From a virus, in the IMG/VR virus record IMGVR_UViG_3300028189_000548, positions 1-40,176 of that record: 40,176 nucleotides of DNA. The stretch is one strand, 5' to 3'. The notes beneath the pieces are model-generated. The model saw nothing but the letters and a program-made list of their open reading frames with translations, did not search any database and had not been told where the DNA came from. A program made the translations under genes and the position numbers. Below, in pieces: positions 9,093 through 16,569 of this stretch (position 1 is its first letter; every line of letters begins with the position of its first letter).

Positions 9093-10009
9093 TTAAAAAA
9101 ATCTTTCTATACTTTGTGCTTCATCTACTGGTTTACCCCAATCTAAACATTCATAAAATAGATTGAGTTTTTTAGTGAGTGCTCTATCATAGATTTTATC
9201 ATAATCCATATTATCTTCTATGAATTTCATAATCTCGGGTGGATCTTCATAACCTTTATATGCTACTACTGATAATCCTAATGAGTTATTCTTTAAATAT
9301 ACCCACCGGATTTTATCCCCATTACTTATAAATCCATATTTTTTATCTCGTTTGTAATATCGCAATAAATCATTATAACTTACTGCTGCCCTTACATGGA
9401 CTGGAATACCGTTCTTCAATACTGTAAATACTGAAGTATTTTCTTTGTCCTTTTTAATATATTTCTTAATTCCCTTTACACCGGTTGGAGAAGAAATATC
9501 ATCTAAATCTTTTAATCTCATGTTCTTCTTAAATCTGGTTATTCTATGGTCTATCTTATCCCGTGGAACACTTGCTAAAATGTCCTCTAATACATCGTTT
9601 AATAGTTTTCTAAATGCCGGTGCGAAATTACTACGTACAGTATCTAATCCCTTTACCATTGTCTTATTTACTTGAACTCCATTATCACTAATGAGTTTCA
9701 TACCATATCGTTTCTTTGTAATGAATAAACCAGACTTTGCTATAATTTCCTGTTTGATTTCAAATCGGTGTGTGTCTAAGTTACAGAATTTCTTAGCGAA
9801 ATAGTCGTATGAACCATTTAAGTATTCTTGAACTTCAGTTGCAATTTCATTTATTCGTTGAGTCATCATTACATCACTCAGGCTTTGACCTTTGAAACGG
9901 TGGTTAATGAGGTCTACAACTGATAAAAATATAGAATCAGTCAAGTGTCGACGTAGATAATTCTATCAACATCGAGATCTGGCTGCCTCCTTATTTGTTT
10001 TATTTTCAT
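9093..10009 (-). CDS. Family B DNA polymerase C-fragment, interrupted by a 5-nt insertion (9939-9943) in motif C
   Basis: ATG at 10009 gives MKIKQIRRQPDLDVDRIIYVDT-TGA; the -1 frame continues TDSIFLS...KKRY...KGLDTVRS. Removing 5 nt gives a 303-aa ORF with an intact YVDTDS. Confidence 0.85.
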
Positions 10010-10479
10010 ATTATAATTTTCCTTATATGTTCTAAAACGGTTTCTTTACTCAAATTCCAATCATTTTCCCAAATTATTATTGGGATATATCCATTATCTT
10101 CATAAAAATTTATTTTAATTTCATCATACTCCCAAATTTCATTGGCAACTTTACCCCCTCTAATAGTATGAGTCTCATTATATAACTGCGGATTCATGTG
10201 CCAATAATCACCAAAAAATTCTATAATATAATTTTCATATTTACCATCTGCCACATAACACCCAATTCGAACTTCTGGTTGGATCTCAATATTAAGTTCA
10301 CGTTCTATTTCCTTCATTACAGAAATAGATAATTTTGATTTTGAATTAAATTTAACACGTTTACTTTCAGCCTCTATTTCTGTATATCCATTATGTAACC
10401 AATACTCAATTTTAGTTGTATTATAAAGTAAATTCCAAATTTTTCTTCTATTATCATCTGTATAATCTAACTCAAAAAA
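10006..10479 (-). CDS. Vsr/DUF559-like endonuclease between the PolB halves
   Basis: IIEFFGDYWH and IIIWENDW are Vsr-like motifs. The frame is open from 10479 but the first ATG is at 10317; stop overlaps the PolB-C ATG (ATGA). Confidence 0.8.
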   Translation of the reverse strand, partial: FFELDYTDDNRRKIWNLLYNTTKIEYWLHNGYTEIEAESKRVKFNSKSKLSISVMKEIERELNIEIQPEVRIGCYVADGKYENYIIEFFGDYWHMNPQLYNETHTIRGGKVANEIWEYDEIKINFYEDNGYIPIIIWENDWNLSKETVLEHIRKIII

Positions 10480-12227
10480 TCATCGGTTTCCAGTAAATCT
10501 TTTACTTTTATTTCCATTTTTTTACCATTTCGTATTACATCAACTCTATTGTTTTCATATAACTTTCTAACTTCACCGTTTTCTAATTCAACTTCAACTG
10601 GAGTACCAATCTCACTATTATAAAAATGATTTGTTATTTTTGCAGTAAACTTAATTAATTCTTGCCCTGCCGTTGTAACTGAGGTTGCATTTTCTAAATC
10701 GTAAAATCTCCAACCCTGAAGTCCAAGAACACCGTACATACTATTAAGTAAAATTTTCTGAATATATTGTCGTCTGTTAAAGTATTCATATTTTTCGTCA
10801 TTTCCGTCGTCTGCAAATTTCTTAGCTAATTTCCTAAACTCTGATCTTGTATCAAACCACTTGGATAAAATAGTTGGTATTAAACCTGCTTTGTCTGTTT
10901 TATATAATATACCAGCACTTGAAATAGATATTTGATTATCATTAAAAAAGTCCTCTAATTCTGTATTTGTTAGTTGGCCCTTCTTCTTTCCATTTAATAT
11001 GATAGAATGTGTCTTTTTTTTCTTTGATATAAATTCTTTAGCATTCCAACCAACTACCCTTCCAAACTTAGTTTCTGGGCTGATATTCAAACTCATTATT
11101 AAATTTGGGTACATACTTGTCAGATCCAAATCTATAACCCAGTCATGTTTACCACGTTGTGGACTTTTTACGTATGCTCCTACGAACTTATTATCTGTAT
11201 ATTCACCCTTTTCTGGTTTGTTTGGTGCTACGATGTTTAATTTTTTCAAATGAGTGAGGATTGCCCCTTCTAAATATCTACTACTGAAATATATGTCCTC
11301 ATATGGAACATGACCGATATGACAAATACCACGGGCAATATCAATGAAATCTAATTTATCATCCAACTGTTTTACTATTCTAACATCATGAATGTTATAT
11401 TCCACAAACTTTCTCAAGTCGTTTTCAAATAAATCGTTTAGTGTTCCATCGTAACTTATTTTTGGTGATCCAACTTCAAATTGACCAATGGCATCTAATC
11501 TATATGATGGTCTTGACCCAAATGTAAAATCCTTATAGAGTAGTAAGTAATCTAATACACTTACACCTGCTATTTTATATCGTTTCGTGTATTTACTATA
11601 CATCACCTTTGATATTGGTGATAGATTGTCAGCAACACTTTGACCGAGAACTTTAATTGTTCTGTTGTATAAATATGGAATATCAAACCCATCTACGTTC
11701 CAACCTGTAATAATAGTTGGTCGTAGCTCTAAATACTTTTGGTAAAATCTTTGTAATAATTCATACTCTGTTTGGTGACTCTCAACTACGACATTCTTTC
11801 CAAATCCTGTTGTGTCTAGTGTCTTATGTTCGTCTAATGCTAAGCACGTATAAACATTACTGATGTTATCCCACATTGCAATAGATGTGATTTTATTTGG
11901 ACCAATCATTGGGTCTGGAAAGCCCTCTGTTACTTCACACTCAATGTCAAATATGAATATTTTATGTCCAGTAGATGGTTCTTCACTTTGACCGTACATA
12001 TCTATTAATGTCCGCATTTCAGGATTTACATCACTTTCAAATAATCCTTCTGCAGTCTTATCCCATCTGTATATCTTCTTTAATTTATCACCGTATAAGG
12101 ATGCAAAAGTTCCATAGTTGTCTCTAACATAAGCATACTTTTTGTATTGTGTTGAAACATATCCGGCTTTGTCGTCCCAAATGTGGACCTTTCCCTTGAA
12201 TGGTTCTACGAATATATTTTGGTAAAT
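10467..12227 (-). CDS. Family B DNA polymerase N-fragment (exonuclease, motif A, motif B) with intein-like tail; probable ATT start
   Basis: ExoI FDIEC, ExoII WNVDGFDIPY, ExoIII YNIHD, motif A DLTSMYP, motif B KILLNSMYG. The frame is open for 70 codons upstream of the listed ATG (12017), to ATT at 12227 with GAGG 7 nt upstream. Confidence 0.9.
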   Translation of the reverse strand: MYQNIFVEPFKGKVHIWDDKAGYVSTQYKKYAYVRDNYGTFASLYGDKLKKIYRWDKTAEGLFESDVNPEMRTLIDMYGQSEEPSTGHKIFIFDIECEVTEGFPDPMIGPNKITSIAMWDNISNVYTCLALDEHKTLDTTGFGKNVVVESHQTEYELLQRFYQKYLELRPTIITGWNVDGFDIPYLYNRTIKVLGQSVADNLSPISKVMYSKYTKRYKIAGVSVLDYLLLYKDFTFGSRPSYRLDAIGQFEVGSPKISYDGTLNDLFENDLRKFVEYNIHDVRIVKQLDDKLDFIDIARGICHIGHVPYEDIYFSSRYLEGAILTHLKKLNIVAPNKPEKGEYTDNKFVGAYVKSPQRGKHDWVIDLDLTSMYPNLIMSLNISPETKFGRVVGWNAKEFISKKKKTHSIILNGKKKGQLTNTELEDFFNDNQISISSAGILYKTDKAGLIPTILSKWFDTRSEFRKLAKKFADDGNDEKYEYFNRRQYIQKILLNSMYGVLGLQGWRFYDLENATSVTTAGQELIKFTAKITNHFYNSEIGTPVEVELENGEVRKLYENNRVDVIRNGKKMEIKVKDLLETDDFLS

Positions 12228-12303
12228 CTTATAACCTCTTTTGTTTAATTGGTATTATACTGTAATAATCTTGATGTGAATATACGACGGAAAATCGTAA
12301 AAG

Positions 12304-13680
12304 TCAAGAATATTCTTGGTCGTCATTATCACCCGTACCGTAAATTATTTCACATCCAGATGAATCACAGAATTTTTCCACGTCAGCTTCTTCACCCTCG
12401 ATACCAACAAAACTCAACTTGCCTAGTTTTTTCACCATTTTATTATATGTCTTTTCGTCAATGGCTTCGTATGGCATTTGTCGGTATGCACCGAGTTCGT
12501 GGCGTGGTAATAACGATATTCCCTTTAATCTGTATTGGAAATAATTTAAAACTTGTGGTAATTCGGCAGACTCGGTTTCTGGATTAAATGTCGCCGTACA
12601 ACTCACTTGGTTGTCTGCCCAATGTCGTTGTAGGAATGCGGCTAAATTGAATTGTTCCCATATAGATAAATCACCTACAGTTCTAATTCCCTCACCTACA
12701 TCAACTGGAACCTCTACTACCATTGTACTATCTTCTGACCCGAATGCTGGTTCTAAATGATAGTTTGCCTTTTTTAATGGTTCGATCAATTCCGATTGTT
12801 TGGATAATCTCATCCGTCTTATATAAAACCTACTTTCTGGATAATGCATTCCGGGTGTTGCTCCTACTAACAAAGACACCGTCCCACTCGGTTTTATTGA
12901 GCTCAACTTTATACTTCTCGGTACTGCTAACCAATCTGAATACATTTTATCCCATTTTGTAAGTTCGTCGTATCCCTCTTCACACCACAGTTTTAATGTG
13001 TTTAATCCATTATTAGTAATAAATTGAGCTATACCACTCATAGATGTACCAATTCGTCTGTTGCGTAACATTACTCTATTAGTTTCTGGCCAATGAGTTT
13101 TTCCTAAAGTAACTGTTTTTGCATATAAGTATGCATACTTTAATGTCTTTTTATAATCTTCTAAGTCATCGTGGTGGTGTGGAAATGTCTCTACGAGACA
13201 ACATAGCTCGTAGCTTTCGAGTGATTGTTCCAGACAGGGATTTCCGCCTGCAACTCTGTGGTCTTTGTTATCGCCACCATTTTTCATACGAGAATATTCT
13301 CTCATATTTTCTAACCATGCAATTCCGGGTTCACCATTATCTACTATTCGTTTACATATATCAGTATAATCCATTCCGATTTCTGCAAATACTGAATTAT
13401 TAGATGTCCAACCAAATTGTTCCCGTTCTGGGTTCTTTTTGTAATTCTTTAAGTCTAAGTATTCTTCATCTGTAGCATCACCGAATACAATTTCTGCTGT
13501 ATTATGTGATACTATTGTCTCATCTACTCCATTTTCAGGATTTTTAACAAAGAAATGATGTTTATCTTCAACTTCTATGTCCCAAGTTTTTTCAACTTTA
13601 CCTTCATCAACTATATCCATAATAGTAACGAGTTCAAAATCTTCTAAATTAAAATCTTCTATTCCGTATTTTTCTATCAT
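12304..13680 (-). CDS. nrdJ: Class II (B12-dependent, monomeric RTPR-type) ribonucleotide reductase C-fragment with 60-aa IntC (13501-13680)
   Basis: TWDIEVEDKHHFF...SHN then Thr+1 (TAEI); GGNPCLEQ catalytic finger loop, CCLVE, IKPSGTVS. Confidence 0.92.
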   Translation of the reverse strand: MIEKYGIEDFNLEDFELVTIMDIVDEGKVEKTWDIEVEDKHHFFVKNPENGVDETIVSHNTAEIVFGDATDEEYLDLKNYKKNPEREQFGWTSNNSVFAEIGMDYTDICKRIVDNGEPGIAWLENMREYSRMKNGGDNKDHRVAGGNPCLEQSLESYELCCLVETFPHHHDDLEDYKKTLKYAYLYAKTVTLGKTHWPETNRVMLRNRRIGTSMSGIAQFITNNGLNTLKLWCEEGYDELTKWDKMYSDWLAVPRSIKLSSIKPSGTVSLLVGATPGMHYPESRFYIRRMRLSKQSELIEPLKKANYHLEPAFGSEDSTMVVEVPVDVGEGIRTVGDLSIWEQFNLAAFLQRHWADNQVSCTATFNPETESAELPQVLNYFQYRLKGISLLPRHELGAYRQMPYEAIDEKTYNKMVKKLGKLSFVGIEGEEADVEKFCDSSGCEIIYGTGDNDDQEYS

Positions 13681-13688
13681 GTTATCTC

Positions 13689-14639
13689 CTAATAAACGTC
13701 CAGCTTAAAATCAAATCCAAGTGATTTTGTTGCTTCAAATTTTAAATTATTTTTTTCCTTATCGAACTCAAGTGTATATGTGCCTTTCGTTTCAATAATT
13801 AAATTATCACCGGGTATATAAAAATCTGGATAGTATCGTCTTTTTTTACCTTCATAGTTATACCAAATCTCTGGCATATCACTCTTTTTGTATAAAATAT
13901 CATTTTCACTATATCCAGACTGAAATAAATTATCTAACGTTTTATTTTCGTATCCTTGAATTCTAATTCGTTTTCCGGATGGCATAGTATAAAATTTATT
14001 TGTATTATAATACCCACTATATCCGTCTAATGCCTTTTCTGCAAATTCTGGGTGATGCATTGGATTTTCTACACCATATAATTCTACCATCCTATCTCTA
14101 AATTCTTTAGTTCCAAATTTAAAATAATCTTCTCTACCATACTTTTCAATTATTGTTTGTTTAGCTTTCCTTTTAAACTCATCTGTCTGTGTGTAATAAT
14201 CAACACCGTATTCACTATTTATAAAATCCATTCTAATTTTTTTATATTCATTAGAATTTACATACGCAGTTGCTCCATATTTTTTTAAATTAGTTTTCAT
14301 TGTTCTATCTTTAACTTCGGGGATTTGTTGTGCATTGTCTACACCATATCTTCTTTGGAAAGTTTTTATTTTTTTATCAGTTATTTCCGTTTCATTACGC
14401 TTTTCTTGTATTTTTTTGATGGAAGTTGGAAATTGCCATGCGTTTTCATACCCATATTTTTCTTTCATTATTTTAGCTTGATGATTGTATCTCATTTTCT
14501 TTGCTTTATCACTCCAAGTGCATTTTTTATCACAGTAGAATAATCCACTTTCAATCCGTATCCTATAATCTCTATTCTTTTTTGTTTCATATTCTGTTCC
14601 ACAAATAATACAATTAACTTTTACAATTTCAAGTGCCAT
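13689..14639 (-). CDS. Free-standing putative homing endonuclease (EKYG repeats plus PD-(D/E)xK domain)
   Basis: Lies between the nrdJ halves; about 6 (E/K/R)-x-YG-x-x-N/Y repeats; QGYE...YYPDFYIP...IIETKG nuclease motif; own SD. Confidence 0.78.
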   Translation of the reverse strand: MALEIVKVNCIICGTEYETKKNRDYRIRIESGLFYCDKKCTWSDKAKKMRYNHQAKIMKEKYGYENAWQFPTSIKKIQEKRNETEITDKKIKTFQRRYGVDNAQQIPEVKDRTMKTNLKKYGATAYVNSNEYKKIRMDFINSEYGVDYYTQTDEFKRKAKQTIIEKYGREDYFKFGTKEFRDRMVELYGVENPMHHPEFAEKALDGYSGYYNTNKFYTMPSGKRIRIQGYENKTLDNLFQSGYSENDILYKKSDMPEIWYNYEGKKRRYYPDFYIPGDNLIIETKGTYTLEFDKEKNNLKFEATKSLGFDFKLDVY

Positions 14640-14701
14640 TTTTTATCTCCTATATTCAATAATAACTATAAGAAAAGATAAAAAACATACATTTCCCGAC
14701 A

Positions 14702-15796
14702 CTATTTTTTCTGTTTTACGAGAAAATCTTTATCTTTATCTATATCTTTAACCATCTTCCATTCAAACCCATTATCTTGATTATAAACTAATAAAGTATG
14801 TTTTTCCGTCGCCTCATATTCAGTCCCATTTAAAGTTTTAATTTTTAGGACTTTTTGTTCGCCACTATCAAATGTATTTAAGACTTGTTTATAGCCATCA
14901 GCAGTTAAAACTTTATCATTTCTCGTTATTTCTTCCATCTTCTTAAATCCATCTTCAGTAAGAACTTCATACCATTTAGGTAAGCACCTGCGAACATTGC
15001 CGGCCACTACACACTTTCCAATCAAATTCATAATATCTACGATTGTGGTAACGGTTATTGGTTCACCTGTATTCTTTTCTAATACTTCACTTACGGTGTC
15101 ATGGACTTCTTCTAATGGTGTATATCCACTCGCCACACCACCAAAACCTTTTATTGGTTCACCTAGACCTCTAATGAGTGAATAATCAAATTTCATCGGG
15201 GCTGTTCCGTGAAAATATGATTCCAATAATAATTCTAAACTCTCTACCCAACCTTCTCGTGTATCTGGTATTTGAAATGTTTCTTCGTTTCTATCTCTAT
15301 TTATTCCCTTTATTATAATTTCACCAGCACCCTTTACATCAAACCCCACGCCGACACCCAACATTGAGGCATCCATTAAAAATGTGAATGGTTTGGAGTA
15401 ATCTTGTTTTAGTGTGGAAGTGGAGACGAATGCACAGTTGTTTAGGGCGGCATATAACTTCTTTTCTTCTGTGATAGCAGTTCCCATTGCCCATAAACCT
15501 CTGCCTGGTGGTAGAAATTTCATACTCCACATTCTCTCATACATTTCTTGAGCGGAGTTTTGAGCTTGCCATGGATTCCAACCTAATTGATGTTGTTCAA
15601 TCCATTCCTTTTGCATATTATATGTACCCTCTACAACCCGTTGAATGGTTTCCCACCACCTTTCATTTTTTCCATTTTCCTTGATACGGGAATAGGTTCG
15701 CATATACACTAACAGTCCCAATCCATTAAAGCCAAATGGTGGCTTTTTTCTCTTGTATCCGTTTATAAAATTTTCCGTTAAAACGAATTTATCCAT
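14702..15796 (-). CDS. nrdJ: Class II ribonucleotide reductase N-fragment with 94-aa IntN (14702-14986)
   Basis: RTYSR, FLPPGRGLW, ALNNC, GVGVGFD, VVAGNVRR followed by CLPKWYEV (block A) and ATEKH (block B). Confidence 0.92.
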   Translation of the reverse strand: MDKFVLTENFINGYKRKKPPFGFNGLGLLVYMRTYSRIKENGKNERWWETIQRVVEGTYNMQKEWIEQHQLGWNPWQAQNSAQEMYERMWSMKFLPPGRGLWAMGTAITEEKKLYAALNNCAFVSTSTLKQDYSKPFTFLMDASMLGVGVGFDVKGAGEIIIKGINRDRNEETFQIPDTREGWVESLELLLESYFHGTAPMKFDYSLIRGLGEPIKGFGGVASGYTPLEEVHDTVSEVLEKNTGEPITVTTIVDIMNLIGKCVVAGNVRRCLPKWYEVLTEDGFKKMEEITRNDKVLTADGYKQVLNTFDSGEQKVLKIKTLNGTEYEATEKHTLLVYNQDNGFEWKMVKDIDKDKDFLVKQKK

Positions 15797-15830
15797 AACA
15801 TTCCTCCATAATTTCTCTATCCATAACTAT

Positions 15831-15838
15831 TATAAATA
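15831..15838 (-). promoter_or_regulatory. TATTTATA box upstream of nrdJ
   Basis: Intergenic, about 35 nt before the ATG at 15796. Confidence 0.4.
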
Positions 15839-15845
15839 GTAATAT

Positions 15846-16319
15846 TTATTCAAATCCACCCATGTCTTTGTCAGAATTATACTTATTTGCTAATTGTTTA
15901 CGTAGATATTCTTCACTATTATCCATTTTCTTTTGAGTTGTTTGACCATCTTGTGTATTTGCTTCAAAAATTTTAATACTACCATTATTTGTATTTATAC
16001 TAGCTGGAAATGTAATTCCATCAACACCGAATCTGTTTTTAATAACATGGAAACGGCCTGTATTGGCTATCTTATCTTCTACTTTTCTACTCATGGATAT
16101 AACAAAATCGGCAATCATAACTTTTGCATATGATTCGGCTACTTTACTTGCATCGATGACATCTTCTTCTAATGATGAATTATGTGAATATATACCATTA
16201 GCAAAAAACATATGTGTATCTTCAACTGTAATATCAACAGTATCTTCTTCCCCTACCAATTCAATAGAAACAATTTCATCCATTACAAAATCTTCTGGAT
16301 TTATGTTATGCATTTTCAT
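15846..16319 (-). CDS. DnaB/gp41-like helicase C-fragment with 47-aa IntC (16179-16319)
   Basis: DEIVSIELVGEEDTVDITV...FFANGIYSHN then Ser+1 (SSLEED); AESYAK, KNRFG arginine finger. Confidence 0.92.
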   Translation of the reverse strand: MKMHNINPEDFVMDEIVSIELVGEEDTVDITVEDTHMFFANGIYSHNSSLEEDVIDASKVAESYAKVMIADFVISMSRKVEDKIANTGRFHVIKNRFGVDGITFPASINTNNGSIKIFEANTQDGQTTQKKMDNSEEYLRKQLANKYNSDKDMGGFE

Positions 16320-16569
16320 TTACAAATTCCTTACATTTTTTAACTATATATTTTTCATCCATCTTATAGAAAACATCATCTACTCGTAAAATTTTATACC
16401 CCTTACTTTCTAAAATAATATCTCGTTGAATATCAAGATTTCCATCGTGCCAATATTCACAATCAAATTCAATTATTGAATTTCCACACTTGAAATCTGG
16501 CATTATAATTTTATTTGGATAATCATTTTCGTGATTTACAAAAAGTTTCTTTATTTCTTTGTAAATAAT
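16306..16569 (-). CDS. Short Vsr/DUF559-like endonuclease between the helicase halves
   Basis: PDF...IIEFDCEYWH...D-x-x-R-D-x-x-L-x-x-x-G-Y-K-I-L-R; frame open from ATT at 16569, first ATG at 16503. Confidence 0.72.
   Translation of the reverse strand: MIYKEIKKLFVNHENDYPNKIIMPDFKCGNSIIEFDCEYWHDGNLDIQRDIILESKGYKILRVDDVFYKMDEKYIVKKCKEFVNENA

Noticed and set aside
9093-9944. PolB-C annotated as a normal gene starting at TTG 9944
   Set aside because: That start cuts through the YxDTDS motif and leaves an upstream ATG-initiated 22-codon ORF carrying the rest of the motif; kept only as an alternative hypothesis.
9939-9946. Simple -1 frameshift at ACT TGA
   Set aside because: It would give DTLTDS, inserting two residues into the catalytic motif, with poor tRNA re-pairing (ACU to CAC).
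4065-14704. TAG recoding/read-through (three of four fractured N-fragments end in TAG)
   Set aside because: In-frame read-through reaches another stop within about 12-33 codons and does not join the endonuclease or IntC frames; long genes contain no internal TAG, so the standard code fits.
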